From Heptranchias perlo (lineage: Eukaryota): DNA of 64,000 nucleotides. The notes beneath the pieces were generated by a model. That model was given only the letters and a program-made list of their open reading frames with translations. It ran no database searches and was not told the origin of the DNA. The position numbers and the translations under genes were made by a program. The stretch is taken from contig NC_090360.1 in the NCBI RefSeq assembly GCF_035084215.1, positions 16,492,001 to 16,556,000 of the forward strand, given 5' to 3'. Positions within the stretch are counted from its first letter, which is position 1, and each line of letters begins with the position of its first letter. Below, piece after piece: positions 1 to 13,875 of the stretch.

Positions 1-170
1 TGAAGTTACAGCTGCAAATTGAGGGGGGGCGGGGGTGGTGGGCAAGGAAATCAGGAATGCACAAGAGGCCAGAACTGAAGGAACACAGAGTTCTCGGAGG
101 GTTGTAGGGCTGGAAGAGGTCACAGAGATAGGGAGGGGCGAGGCCTGTGGACAGATTTGAACACAAGAAC
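1..170 (-). mobile_element. L2-type LINE 3' fragment
   Basis: Its reverse complement aligns to the L2 segment at 9996-10140. Confidence 0.75.
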
Positions 171-199
171 ACATAAGAATACATGAGTGAAAAAAGTAG

Positions 200-640
200 C
201 AATTCCAGACTTTTGATAAACTCCTACAACACTTCCTCTAGCAACATAAATCAACAAAAGCACTTTACACAATATCGAATAGCAGACAAAATATTCACTT
301 TTTGTTTTATTTCCTTTTGAGACAGCTTCTAGCTTGGAAAACCAACCTACTATATCTTAATTCCAAGCTTAGACCAAGAATAGCCTTTGTTACACCTGAC
401 CGACACTGAATATGAGTTTTCCTCTCTTTTGATAACTCCACCTCCAGGAAGCAAAATCTTACCAGACCACCAAGGCAACTACCCCTGATTAGCTCAAATG
501 AATCACATCATATCAACCATATTAGTTGTGAAGAATCACCGAAACATCCAAACTGATTTTCATTGTCTGAAGCAGGCTGCTCCATACACCCCTTCTGAAT
601 TTTAATGCACACCTCCCAGCCCTGTTATCCTGGAAATTTA
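200..640 (-). mobile_element. Highly degraded Penelope-like RT fragment
   Basis: Broken minus-strand frames FLEV..VIKRE.NSYSVSV...KQKVNILSAIRYCVKCFC..LLEEVL.EFIK resemble the PLE RT thumb region. Confidence 0.45.
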
Positions 641-734
641 ACCCCTGAGAGCAGTTTATCTAAATAGTAGCATTTTTAGCATTCCTGTCATGGAGACACA
701 ACCAGAAATCCAAATATATGACAGGCTATATTGT

Positions 735-935
735 CCTTCTTGAATATGGGAACTACATTTGCACATTTCCAGTAGCCAGAATCTTTCAGTGTTTTGACTC
801 CCTCAAAACTACCAATCTTTCACAAATTTCCTCCTTCCTCCCTCTAAGTAATCTGTGGTGCAGTTCACCTATCCGGGAAGACTTGGTTTCCAACCCCTTA
901 AGCCTTTCTAGAACCATTGGTTCACTAACATCATT
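735..935 (-). mobile_element. Old CR1 LINE RT fragment
   Basis: VSEPMVLERLKGL..ELHHRLL..EEICERL followed by WKCANVVPIFKK, matching the CR1 ORF2 motif. Confidence 0.7.
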
Positions 936-2047
936 TAAGATTTAATAGCCACATTAGCAATTAATTAATTAATACAGTATTTCCCAATCCATGAAATTAA
1001 TAAGAATTATTTTCAAATCTGCTGAAATCTTACATGTGCACACTCTATTACAGCGTGGTGAGAAGTCATATAAAATGTATATCACAATAGTATACTCGCA
1101 GGGGATAGAGGTAATAAAATGCTTTCGTAACCAATGACCTTCAATCATACAACACATTAACAATGGAACTGTCGATCTGTTATGTTAGACGGACCAGGGA
1201 TAGTCAAAACACCACACTCACTGTGCAGTCCAGTGGACTATTTGTAGCGTGAAAGTGCTGGGAAATATAACACTTTCCACATTCCAGATTTGCCTTTTCC
1301 CTATTCCTCTGCGGTGCCTCTAGCAACACAAAGAAAAGTTTTAGCCAATGGTTTGTGAGGAGAGACTAATTTGGAAAATTTAGCCAAATCTCAGATTACA
1401 AAATAAACTCGGCATATCTCAAAAGGCTTGCCTATCTCCCTTAACTGCCTCCTGGGGACATATTACTTACTGACTAATCGCTTCCTAAAAGAGTGGCCTG
1501 AAATATTTGAGAACTGGACCTGGCTGACTCAACTGCATTCTGCTAATTGAGAAAGACAAAATTGATTTTCAGAGGCCATGGAAACTGGTTCGCTCTTTAA
1601 GCGGCACTGTGAATACGTAAAGGCGCCTCGTCTAAACTATTCACTTCTCATGTGCCCCTCGGGCTAATCATTCCTACTCCCAATCAACGGGCTCTTCAGA
1701 AGTTTCCTGTGGTGTAATGGATACCAGTGGAGACAATTTAATTTCCTTCAGGATTCCGTTTAAATTCAGTTCAGGAATCCAACGTTCAGGTACTCACTCA
1801 CTGAAGTTGGAGACATCCCATTCCCAATCGGTCGGCCATGAGTTCCCCAACTTGGCAAAACTATCGGCGATTGGATGTAAGTCCCACACTCCTACCAGGT
1901 GGATCAGTCCCCCAGCACTGGTAGGGGAAACTGTTCCTTATTTCCAGCCCAAAACCGTCAGGGATCAGATGCATCCTATTAATGAAACCAAAACCAAGAC
2001 CAATCCATAATCTCCCCCTCCCCCCTCCAACTATAATACCAGTTAAT

Positions 2048-2738
2048 GGGCCAGAATTTGCTGTAGCAGGGCATCTAACGACATCTGCTGTTATTTAGAC
2101 TTGCCCCTGCACCCTTAAGCTCAAAACATTTTTGCCCACAAATTTGCTGAAAGTGCGACTTCATAATGTTGCAGCGAGGGAAACGGGGCATCTGGGGCCT
2201 GAGTGAACAGGGCAAGCAACTGTGTATCTCCTAAACCAAGCAGATTGAAGGATTGGGAATCAAACGTAGGAAGGACTGAGAAGTAAGGTAAATTAAAGGG
2301 GATGAATTCAATGTCAAATCAGGTACAGAAAGAGAAAAGGAGAGAAAGAAAGATTGGATTAAGAGAGAGAGAAAAGAGAGGCCGAAAGGAAAGTAAGAAA
2401 AAAATTGTAAAATTTATAATTTGACATTTTCGGTGCCAGGGAGGTTGATTGGCAATCATTAACAGCTATCGCCTCATGAAAAGGGTACTTACGGTTCTAA
2501 TGACAAGACTTAACTTTCTGTGGCGAGTTTAATGAACAGTTAATGGGCAAATACAGCAAGTTCCTAAAAAAAACAGGGAGGCTAAGGGCATGATGGTATT
2601 TTCGCCAAGCTAACGGGGCAACTCAGACAGTACCTTTTGGATATTCACATTTAACCTCGCATCTGCTCCTCGCCTGAAGTTTCTTTGCTATTTGCGCATA
2701 AATAGCCTTGCTGATATTTTGACAGCAACATCTGTCCC
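2048..2738. mobile_element. Non-autonomous DNA transposon (Harbinger-type MITE)
   Basis: Imperfect TIR GGGCCAGAATTTGCTGT / ACAGCAACATCTGTCCC; AAT on both flanks (possible 3-bp TSD); shares internal sequence with 22919-23633. Confidence 0.65.
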
Positions 2739-5124
2739 AATATCAAAATATGTTTTATCTTAAAAATAACTAAAAACACGGTACAACGCAAAGGCACAGC
2801 TAACACACACCACTGTAATGCACCATGGAGTGGCACAAGTCCGACATAATAATTTCCCACAGGACATCCTCCTTATGCCTTGTTCACCTTCTCATCTGTG
2901 TGTCGGTGGGGAGGTGCCAAGCGTAGATCAGGATGGAGATTTCAGACAGTGGGAAGTCATTCCAGGTCATTTCAATACAACTCTTTGCAGCTGTTGCCAT
3001 GACAGCTGGGAATAGGTTGTCCATTGCTCCTTTTCAGATTGCACCTTTTATTATAATCCCCACAATTCCTATTCAAGGATCGATTACTTTGTTACTCATG
3101 AGCTACAGAAGGCAGAGATTAAAGTTTGTAAAATTGGCTTGAGTTTCACTCTTGGATCATGCTCCAGTGATTCTAACCCCAACAGTGTCAAGGCTCCCGA
3201 GGAGGTTGAACAGATGACAACTCAGTATCTTACTTCCCGGTGAATCTTTAATTTGGACAGTTTTTTTCAGAACACAACAATATCCCTGGGACATTGTGCT
3301 CTGGGAGCCAACTAAGGCAGTACTTTGTGGTTTTATTATTGATACATCTCCATTAAAAAAAATGAAGCACAGACGTCCTAGCTTTAACTGGAAGAGAATA
3401 AGATTGCTGGAATCCACCCGCAAGGAAAACTGAACACCTGAGATAACTCTTGATCTTCAGGAGCCCAAAAGGGAATTGAATATTCTCCTAACCTCTAATT
3501 TTGCAATACTAATAAAACTTACCAATGTGCATTTCCATGAGCACATGAATAAATTGGACAACTTAGTGGCATACGTTCTGTGGAAGCAGTTGGGTAGGTA
3601 AGTCATCCCATCACTGCACTCTAGCATTGACCAGGGTATCTATAGTCCTGAGGATATTAAGATGAAAAGGGATGAAATGGGGACCCCCAAATTGATTCCC
3701 ATCTCCTGTTTCATGAAATTACCAATACTGGTTTCACCCCTCCACTTTGGAGCGATACTTTGATCACACATACCAAAAAAGGGGAAAGGCCTCCTGTAAG
3801 GGTGCATCTTACAAGCTGATTTCTCTTCTGAACTGAGGCTCCAAAATCTTTACCACAATTTTCACAACTCATCTGGACAATTTGGTTTCCAATCAGACTC
3901 TGATCAGACAGGTTTAATCTGTGAGATGATAATCACCAGCAGCTTCTCATTATCCAGGGCAATTTTCCTCACCCACTTCCCCCTACCCCTCTTGCCTTGG
4001 TGCTGGACAGGAGTAGTGCCCCAAAGTGGAGTGGAAGACAAGCAGTAAGCCAGAGTCAGAGGAGTGGAGGGACAGAGACACACAGTTGGAGGAGTCACTC
4101 AGGTAGGGAAGAAATAGCACACTGACCATTCTTGATAGCGGAAGAGAACTGTCCGAGGAGATGAAGCAGCTAAATTGGATGTGATGGAAATGGACTGAGG
4201 ACAGATTGGTGCCATAGAATGAGAAGTATTTCATTACCGGTACTGACCTTTTCCATTATCTCCAAATTTGCCATTTCCTTTCCACACCAGAATTACAAGG
4301 CTAGCATTCTTTGGTTCTATTTGGCAAAGGAGCTACTCTCACAACTCCATTCTGTGTTGATTTCTGTGGGCACAGTGGCCTTCTCTCACTTATAAGAGTC
4401 ATGGACAGCAAATTTTAAATGCACAATTTTGAATAGTAACTAAGTGGCTATTTGGTTTGCAGTTCTTAGGCTGTCAGTAGCCAATGTTAGAGGAGTGAGT
4501 GAGATCCCTCAGGTATGGAGGGGAGAGTACATGGATGGGTTTGATATAAGTGATACCTGCAGGAGGAATGATTGGATATCCTCCATTGATTCTATCACAC
4601 ATCAGGCTAGGTACATTGTTGGCAGCCTGAGATTACAGATCAGGGTTGGAGTGGGCACAGAGGAGTCTCTTCCACTCACGTATTTCTTAAGCTTGTCCAT
4701 CAGTCCAATCTCATTAAGTTGGTACTCCGTGAGGTGAAATTCATCACATTCCTATATTGCACCCAATCCACAACATTGTATCTTGGATCTTCCTGCAGAA
4801 GTCCCATTGGACTTTCGAATGGGATATTTAATCAATCTCCTGGTGCTCACAGAATTCTATTGTCTCCCCAGCTCTCTAGTATTTATGGAACGTGGCTCAT
4901 TTGAAAAAGAATTGTGTATTCTATTTATGCATCTTAAGTAAATTTATTTGTCTGGGATTTACTGATTTATTATGAACCAGAAGAAAGCAGTTTATTCTAA
5001 TCCCCTTGTTGTCAGCTGACCTGGGCTGGTCTTGGCCATGCTGGGGTTCTTGAGGGCTCTGTATTCCTCTCTCATTACACTGTATGCACCCAGCATATCC
5101 CCCAACTGCACCTGCTCCTTTCAT

Positions 5125-5295
5125 TTATATTCATTCTCGGAATGAAGTCGCTGGCGAGGCCAGCATTTATTGCCCATCCCTAGTTGCCCTTGAGAAGGTG
5201 GTGGTGGGCCTTCTTCTTAACCACTGCAGTCCGTGTGGTGAAGGTGCTCCCACAATGCTGTTAGGTAGGGAGTCCCAGGACATTGATCCAGCGAC
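5125..5295 (-). mobile_element. LINE (CR1/L2 group) 3' end fragment
   Basis: Same family as the + strand copies at 13520-13875 and 34735-35225 (GGGATGGGCAATAAATG tail region). Confidence 0.65.
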
Positions 5296-5519
5296 AATAA
5301 ATGCTGGGGAGGAGATTTGGGAGGTACTGACAACAATTATAAGGGTGTTACTGGACACTGATGAGATACCAGTAGATTGGAAAACGGGGATAAAGCAGGC
5401 ACGGGCAACTGCAGACCCATCAGGTGTCACCCCAATTCCAAGTGGAATGCAGTTGATCAACAGGAATAAACAGGAATAAACTTGGAGTATCTGTACAATA
5501 ATAATCTAGTAAATAGATT

Positions 5520-6410
5520 CAGAATCATAGAAATCATAGAATAATACAGCACAGAAGGAAGCCATTTGGCCCATCGTGCCTGTGCCGGCTCTTTGGAAGA
5601 ACTATCCAATTAGTCCCACTCCCCTGCCCTTTCCCCATAGCCCTGCAAATTTTTCCCCTTCAAGTATTCTTTTGAAAGTGCGATTGAATCTGCTTCCACC
5701 ACCCTTTCAAGCAGTGCCTTCCAGATCATAACAACTCGCTGCGTAAAAAAATTCTTCTCATCTCGCCTCTGGCTCTTTTGCCAATTACCTTAAATCTGTG
5801 TCCTCTAGTTACTGACCTTTCTGCCACTGGAAACAATTTCTCCTTGTTCGCTCTATCAAAATCCTTAATGATTTTGAACACCTCTATTAAATCTCCCATT
5901 AACCTTCTCTGTTCTAAGGAGAACAAACCCAGCTTCTCTAGTTCTGCATGGAACTGAAGTCTCGCATCCCTGGTACCATTCTAGTAAATCTCCTCTGCAC
6001 CTCCTCTATGGCCTTGACATCCTTCCTAAAGTGTTGTGCCCAGAATTGGACACAATACTCCAGCTGGGGCCCTAACCAGTATTTTATAAAGGTTTCGCAT
6101 AACTTCCTTGCTTTTGTACTCTATGCCTCTATTAATAAAGCCCAGGATCCCATATGCTTTTTTAACAGCCTTCTCAACTTGTCTTGCCACCTTACAAAGA
6201 TTTGTGTACGTACACCCCCAGGTTTCTCTGTTCCTGCATCCCATTTAAAATTGTACCATTTAGTTTATATTGTCTCTCCTCATTCTTCCTGCCAAAATGC
6301 ATCACTTCACACTTCTCTGCTTTAAATTTCATCTGCCACGTGTCTGCCCGTTTCACCAGTCTGCCTTTGTCCTCCTGAAGTCTGTCACTATCCTCCTCAT
6401 TGTTTACTAC
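5520..6410 (-). mobile_element. CR1 LINE 3' fragment
   Basis: Frames [47 protein letters not shown]; ATAGAATC-type terminal microsatellite at ~5515-5542. Confidence 0.9.
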
Positions 6411-6727
6411 TGAAGTGGAGGATCCTGCTGGACCAGCCTCCTTGATTTCTTTGAGGAGGTAACATCCCAAGTTGACTGTGGAAGCCTCCATGGCATAGTG
6501 TATGTGAATTTCCGAAAGTCCCTTTTGAAAGGCTGTTATTAGTCAAACTCAAAGCTGTGGGATTCACGGTAAACCCTGGATATAGATAATAAACTGGTTG
6601 AAGGATAAAAAGCAATGAGTGTTCATTACAGGAATTACGTCGTGGGGTGGGGGTGGGGGGGGGGCGGGGGTATTGCAGTGCATAATGGACAGTAGTGATG
6701 TTTAAATGCATCTTATATCATATATAA

Positions 6728-7870
6728 GAGACTGTTAGCTAAGATAGAAGCCCATGGAATCGAGGGAAAAGTACAGACTTGGTTAGGAAGTTGGCTGAGC
6801 GAAAGGCGACAGAGAGTAGGGATAATGGGTAGGTACTCACATTGGCAGGATGTGACTAGTGGAGTCCCGTAGGGATCTGTCTTGGGGCCTCAATTATTTA
6901 CAATATTTATTAACGACTTAGATGGAGGCATAGAAAGTCTCATATCCAAGTTTGCCGATGACACAAAGATTGGTGGCATTGTAAGCAGTGTAGATGATAA
7001 CATAAAATTACAAAGTGATATTGATAGATTAGGTGAATGGGCAAAACTGTGGCAAATGGAATTCAATGTAGACAAATGTGAGGTCATCCACTTTGGATCA
7101 AAAGGATAGAACAGGGTACTTTCTAAATGGTAAAAAGTTAAAAACAGTGGATGTCCAAAGGGACTTAGGGGTTCAGGTACATAGATCATTGAAGTGTCAT
7201 GAACAGGTGCAGAAAATAATCAGGAAGGCTAATGGAATGTTGGCCTTTATATCTAGAGGACTGGAGTACAAGGGGGCAGAAGTTATGCTGCAGCTATACA
7301 AAACCCTGGTTAGACCGCACCTGGAGTACTGTGAGCAGTTCTGGGCACCGCACCTTCGGAAGGACATATTGGCCTTGGAGGGAGTGCAGCGTAGGTTTAC
7401 TGGAATGATACCCGGACTTCAAAGGTTAAGTTACGAGGAGAGATTACACAAATTGGGGTTGTATTCTCTAGAGTTTCGAAGGTTAAGGGGTAATCTGATC
7501 GAAGTTTATAAGATATTAAGGGGAACAGATAGGGTGGATAGAGAGAAACTATTTCCGCTGGTTGGGGATTTTAGGAGTAGGGGGCACAGTCTAAAAATTA
7601 GAGCCAGACCTTTCAGGAGCGAGAATAGAAAACATTTCTACACACAAAGGGTGGTAGAAGTTTGGAACTCTCTTCCGCAAACGGCAATTGATACTAGCTC
7701 AATTGCTAAATTTAAATCTGAGATAGATAGCTTTTTGGCAACCAAAGGTATTAAGGGATATGGGCCAAAGGCAGATATATGGAGTTAGATCACAGATCAG
7801 CCATGATCTTATCAAATGGCGGAGCAGGCATGAGGGGCTGAATGGCCTACTCCTGTTCCTATGTTCCTAT
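6728..7870 (+). mobile_element. CR1 LINE 3' fragment, relatively young
   Basis: GPQLFTIFINDLD..KFADDTK RT motif; one stop (~6870) and one frameshift (~7105); intact C-terminus and TGTTCCTA tail. Confidence 0.93.
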
Positions 7871-8254
7871 ATTATATTTTATATAATCGAAAGTACATGC
7901 TTTTGATATTTGCTTAATCGTATTATTTAAAGTTAGTTGCAAACTGCAAGAATAAATGCAAATGTGAGAACAAAAAACTGTGAGAACAAATGCTTGTGCT
8001 CTATGCTTCTTGTTTATAAACAGGATGACTTAAAGCCATATGAATAATACCTTTTGAACAAATAGACAAGGAACACTGATACACATAACTAAAAAGTCTA
8101 TCTCACAAACAACCTTGGAAGAAAATAACCAATTAACACTGAAACACTGCACATTTAATTAAAAAAACCTGGAGTGGGATTTGAACCCATAACCTTGAGG
8201 TGAGAGTGCTACCACTGAACCAAAGCTGACACTGCTAATTTGTGGGGGTAGGAC

Positions 8255-8460
8255 AAGGGGGGCATAGATTCAAACTATTAAAAGTTAATTTTAGGACTGA
8301 TATCAGGAGGTTCTTCTTCGTGCAAAGAGTGATCAATACTTGGAATGGAACTCCCAGTAGAGTAGTGGAGGTGAAAGCCCTGAATACATTTAAGAAACAA
8401 TCAGATACCACAATGCGGAAATTCCAGGATGAACTAATATGGGTTTTATGGCCTTCCGCA
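8255..8460 (+). mobile_element. Old CR1 3' fragment
   Basis: GHRFKL..RRFFFVQRVINTWN..VVE motif. Confidence 0.7.
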
Positions 8461-9394
8461 TCTGTCATTATCTTGTGATTTTGTGACCACCATTGAATCA
8501 TGCAGTTTCCCATAAGCTCTCACAATGCCTTCACTTTAAGGCTATTGTCTGTGATTATTTGAATAGAATTAAGTTGTGGAAAATGGCTCCTGGTGTATGA
8601 CACCCATGCCCCATAGAGGCAGATTGCAGGTACAACAAAGCTCATGCTGCAATCAGAATTATCAGGATTTATCTTTACTACCTGGAACAGTGTTTCACAT
8701 GTCTGGACAAATGAGCAGTATCATTACAGTACACCCCCACCCGCAGGGATTCCTGAATAATTGTTGTCTGCTGCATGCTGTATAATCTTGCTGTTAAATG
8801 CGGGCTCCGCATGCATCTCAAAGACCAGATTACAAAAAACTATGGCAGAGTGAGAAGGTGAAAATTCCAGTGAGGAATTAACAGTGGTTCCAGCATTGCA
8901 ACAAGAAAGATTGTTGCACCAAGCACTAATTCCTGACACTAAAGAGTGTCACAAATGCACAATTTCCTATCTGCCAAGAAACCAAACCTAAGTCACCTTG
9001 TCCTACACTCATATTCAGTTCTTCAAATATCACCCATTGCCATATTATGCTAAGCTGCTATTTTATTATCACTAATGACAAATAAATGTTCAGCACAATG
9101 TTCAAGTCAGGATACTTATTTCCTCTACTGTGTAGTGTGAGAATGTTAGCAGCTTTGATACTGCTCCTTGGTGCTTGTACTTCAGATGTGTGAACTTACC
9201 GCTCCTAAGTGATTCCCTAGCTGAAGGAGTGAATGTAGTGGGTGGCTGCAGGGTTTCATGGACAGTCTGCTGATATTCTGGTGGCCCGAAATCTCCCTTG
9301 ACTGTGCATTAGGAGGGTGGTGCAGGTGAATGACCCATAGCCGAGGCTGTGGTGGCTCCGTGCTTTAAGCTACTGGCTCCCATGCCTGTGCACC

Positions 9395-10382
9395 GTTTGC
9401 AACCTTGGCATCCTATTTGACCCTGAGATGAGCTTCCGACCCCATATCCGCTCCATCACCAAGACCACCTACTTCCGCCTCCGTAACATCGCCCGTCTCC
9501 GCCCCTGCCTTAGCTTATCTGCTACGGAAACCCTCATCCATGCCTTTGTTAATTCTAGACTTGACTATTCCAATGCTCTCCTGGCTGGCCTCCCATCTTC
9601 CACCCTCCATAAACTTGAGCTCATCCAAAACTCTGCTGCCCATATCCTAACTCGCACCAAGTCCTGTTCACCCATCACCCCTGTGCTCGCCCACCTACGG
9701 TGGCTCCCGGTCCAGGAACGCCTCGATTTTAAAATTCTCATCCAGCTGCCTAGGCCCCAAACTCAGCTGCCTAAGCCCTAAGCTCTGGAATTCCCTCCCC
9801 AAACCTCTCCGCCTCTCTACCTCTCTCTCCTCCTTTAAGACATTCCTTAAAACCTACCTCTTTGACCAAGCTTATGGTCATCTGTCCTAATATCGCTTAA
9901 TGTGGCTCGATGTGAAATTTTGATTGATAATGCTCCTTTGAAGTGCCTTGGGACGTTTTACTACGTCAAAGGTGCTATATAAATGTAAGTTGTTGTTGTT
10001 TTCAAATCCCTTCATGGCCTTGGCCCTCCCTAAATCTGTAACTTCCTCCAGCCCTATAACTCTCCAAGATCTCTGCACTCCTCCAATTCTTGCCTCTTGC
10101 GCATCCCCGATTTTAATCGCTCCACCATTGGCGACTGTGCCTTCATCTACCTAGGCCCTAAGTTTTGGCATTCCCTCCCTAAACCTCTCCGCCTCTCTAC
10201 CTCTCTCTCCTCCTTTAAGACGCTCATTAAAACCTACCTCTTTGACCAAGCTTTTGGTCACCTGTCCTAATGTCTCCTTATGTGGTTCGCTGACAAATTT
10301 TGTTTGATAATCGCTCCTGTGAAGCGCCTTGGGACATTTTACTACATTAAAGACGCTATATAAATGCAAGTTGTTGTTGTTG
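9395..10382 (+). mobile_element. L2 LINE 3' end with a second L2 3' end nested inside
   Basis: LIHAFVNSRLDYSNALLAGLP..IQNSAA..ITPVLAHLRWLPV motif; two AAATG(C/T)AAGTTGTTGTT tails at ~9995 and ~10380. Confidence 0.88.
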
Positions 10383-12539
10383 CACCAGGCACTTGTGGGA
10401 GTAGAGTGGAGAGGAGTGTGGCCATTAAATCCATTTCAGTGTGTGCCTTCTCTCTCTTAGTCCTTACAGAAGAGTTGACAGCTCTTGGCCAAAGTGGGTT
10501 TTTTTCTAGTCAATAATTTCCAAATCTGTGGTGTGAGCAATCATCCAGCTTTGCCTTCTCACTGATATTTCAAGTGCTTACCTGACTCCTAATTACAGGT
10601 TACAGCTGATTCAGCAGACTTGGTGCCATTCCTTTCTCATTGCCTGTCCACCATATGGGAGAGAAGCTCCGCAGTTTTGCTTACGCACTGAGAACAGGAA
10701 TATCGTGGGTAAACCAGAGGTAGTAATTTCTCCCAGGAACTATTATGAGTGGCCCACAGTAAGCTTATGATTAACCCATATGTTCCTGGTTCATGTGCAA
10801 AACAAAAATGGACAGCAATTTTCTTCATTTAAAACTGGAAGGTCATTGTCCCACCTGTGGAACTCAAAAGGTCAGACTGCAGCTGTTGACAGAAATCATA
10901 TATTCATTATTCATTTGGGCAATATTGCCAATATTTAGGAAAGTTTGAGAAGCTCTATGTATTCTATCTTGGTCTGTCTTCTCCCCCTCTCTCTAGTCTC
11001 TGTATCTTGCTACATTTTCCTTCTACCACAGTCATGTAATATCGCCATCAGATGAGCATCAAAATTCTACCAACTGAATGATTCAGGATAACATTAGCAA
11101 ATGCGTCAAAGGTTGAAGAATTTCACTGTCGAAGCTGCAAGAGAATAAACCAGGAAGGGTGTATTCTGGTGTGGTGGCAGTGGGGGCCGGGGTGGTGTAT
11201 GGTGATGTGGTGGGGGCTGGGGTGGGGGGGTACAATGAGCCAGATGTGATGTTATACAGCCTCCTGACATTCGCTCCAACATGAATCTCTCATTTTTGAT
11301 TCCTTTTATATCTTCCTAAATGTCAGCATATCGATTGATGTGTGTGCACTGGATCCTAGCGAGATTGTACCATTAATTCCTCACACTGTGAAAGGAGACC
11401 AATCATTTCCAATCTACAAAGACATTTCCGCTGCAGCAGAAAATACCTCTGGACTCAAAATGTCCCTAAGCCTCTAATTGGCCTCAGGATGTTATAGCAA
11501 TTGTTGTCTTTTTCTAGAGACCAAGGTATAGGTCAAGTAATCCTGATCACACAATAGAAACACCATGTCTGGTCCATCAGCAAACCATATAAATATGCTG
11601 AATAAGACTAGTTAGTCGGCATGTTGGGATTATAATGATCAAACCAATAGCAGCTTTATCTTTTATTACAAGTTTCAACCATGCCATTTATTTGTCACTA
11701 CTCGATATCACATCAGCAGAAATCCTATTGACTCTTCTCTTAAAACAAAAGAACATCTTAAATACAAAGATTTGACAAAGTTTGTGGCTTATTTTTGAAC
11801 ACACCTCAATGAACCTGCATACCATGGGTAACCTACAGAGTGAGTTCCCTCTCTCTTATACGGGCATGGGGGAAACTCCCCTGCTGCGAGAGGGGGCACA
11901 GATGGCCACCACTGACCCGGCTGAGGTGTCCTGGGTTGTGAGTATACGATACTTGGAACTTGTAATGGATTAGGTTTTACAGCATTACGATCAATCTATA
12001 ACTGTAACACTGCTAAACTTTAGTGGACTTTGGACTAATACAGTTATATCTTAAGCTGTCTGTGAGATCCCTGCCTAAACCAGAGTAGAGTTATCCTGGT
12101 CAACAAGGTGCATTGAAGCTTACAACTGAGGAGAAACAATGACAGCTTCACCCATTGGTAGGAGTAATGGGTTTACAACCAGAGGAACCAGCAGACAAGT
12201 CAGGATAAAAGTTCTTACTGGCAAAATCCTGGAAAACAGTGAGTTTATGAACCTACCAGCTCCCTGATCACTTCACACTGTGCTAATGTGTTCAGACCTG
12301 GTCGTCTGCTGGTGGACAGAGTGTGGAAGAGCTTCATTATGGAACCAAATTTTAAGGATATAATGAATTTCTCCTCTTCGCTCCCAGTTCCCACCCAACA
12401 CAAAATTTGACATTTCAAATGGGTTTTAAAGTTCAAAGTTATTGGCTGAGGGGAAGGGATCCATTAAGAGGTAGGTGTTTTTTTTCCTAACATTCCAAGG
12501 TTTAGGAATTGCTTTCAATGCTCTCTTATCACAGGATTT

Positions 12540-13500
12540 CATGCAAGAGGATGAAGAACATCTTTTTGGGAAGGGAATCATGTTTGATAAGTCTATTGGA
12601 GTTATTTTGAAGAGATAGGAAACTTTGTGGACAGGGAAACTGAGTATATGTGGTTTATTTAGATTTCAGCAAAACTTTTTATATAGAGCCACTTAGGCGA
12701 TTGGTCCACAAGGTTGAAAGGCACAGCATAGGTGAAATGTTACTGAAGTGGACTGAAAAGTGGCTGAAGCAGAGGAAGCAAAAGGTGGTTGTACATGGAG
12801 CTGGAAGGAGATAACTGTGGGGTGCCTCAAGAATCAGTGTTGAGGCCTTTGCTGTTCGCAATGTTGTAAAGTGACTTGGAAGTAAGGAAACAAAACTCTT
12901 CTAGTTTCCAGATGACACCACTCTGGGAAGGAGGGTACTGCAAACAACTGGGAACAGGCTGATCAGATACAGAAGGACATGGATAGCTTGTGGAGTGTCA
13001 GGTGCCATTCAATGTGGACAAATGCAAAGTCATAAGTTTGGGAAGACATAACAAACAGTGGCAATGTAAGCAAAATGGCTTTATTCTACACAATACAACA
13101 CAGGAGAAAGATTTGGGTATTGGTAAATAGATTGCTGAAGCCAACAGCACAATGTGAAAGTAACAAGAGAAAATAGGATCTTGGGCTGTATATCCAGAGG
13201 AATATAGTACAAATCTGAGGATGTGATTCTGAGTTTGTACAGAGAGTTAGTCTGGCCACATGGTGTACACAACTGGTCATCATATTATGAGAAAGATATC
13301 CAGGCATTGGACGGGGTGCAATAAAGGGCAACTAAATGGACAGCTGGCATTATACACCTGAGTAATGAAAAGAGGCCACAGAACTTGGGAATGTTAGCAG
13401 TGAAGAAGAGGTGGTTCAGGAGCAAGCTTATAGAAATATTTAAGATCCTAAAGGAAAGAGGCAAGATAAACATCAACATGTTTAACATAGTCAGCGATTC
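12540..13500 (+). mobile_element. Highly decayed CR1 LINE RT region
   Basis: Remnants of YLDF.K.F, FPDDT, FNVDKCKV, ILGCISRGI and LIEIFKILK. Confidence 0.75.
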
Positions 13501-13519
13501 TACCACAAGAATTCCTCCA

Positions 13520-13875
13520 CTATCAGCGTACTGTGGCTGCATGGTGTACCATCTGCAGGAAGCACTGCAACAATTTGCCAAGACTACTTCAGCAACAGCC
13601 CCCAAACCCATGACCTCCACCATCTCGAAGGACACGGGCTGCAGGTGCATGGGAACACCACCTCCGCCAAGTCACATATTATCCCAACTTGAACATACAT
13701 CGCTGTTCCTTCATTGTCGCTGGGTCAACATCCTGGAACTTCCTACCTAACAGCACTGTGGGAGTCCCTTCACCACATGGACTGCAGCGGTGCAAGAAAA
13801 AGGTCCACCAGTACTTTCTCAAGGGCAATAAATAATGGCCTTGCCTGTGACACCCATATTCCGAGAATGAATTTT
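13520..13875 (+). mobile_element. LINE (CR1/L2 group) 3' end
   Basis: Homologous to 34735-35225 and to the reverse of 5125-5295. Confidence 0.7.

Noticed and set aside
1980-3900. Specific assignment of the unknown tract to an endogenous hepadnavirus or an HMG box
   Set aside because: Only vague resemblance (LSSEEK..., a broken ATGGAT motif); no intact YMDD or other diagnostic motif.
6640-6670. G-quadruplex-like G tracts (also 11170-11230 and 44946-44971)
   Set aside because: Simple low-complexity runs with no supporting context.
7078-7788. 236-aa ORF as a host gene
   Set aside because: C-terminal part of CR1 ORF2 in a 5'-truncated copy with an upstream stop and frameshift.
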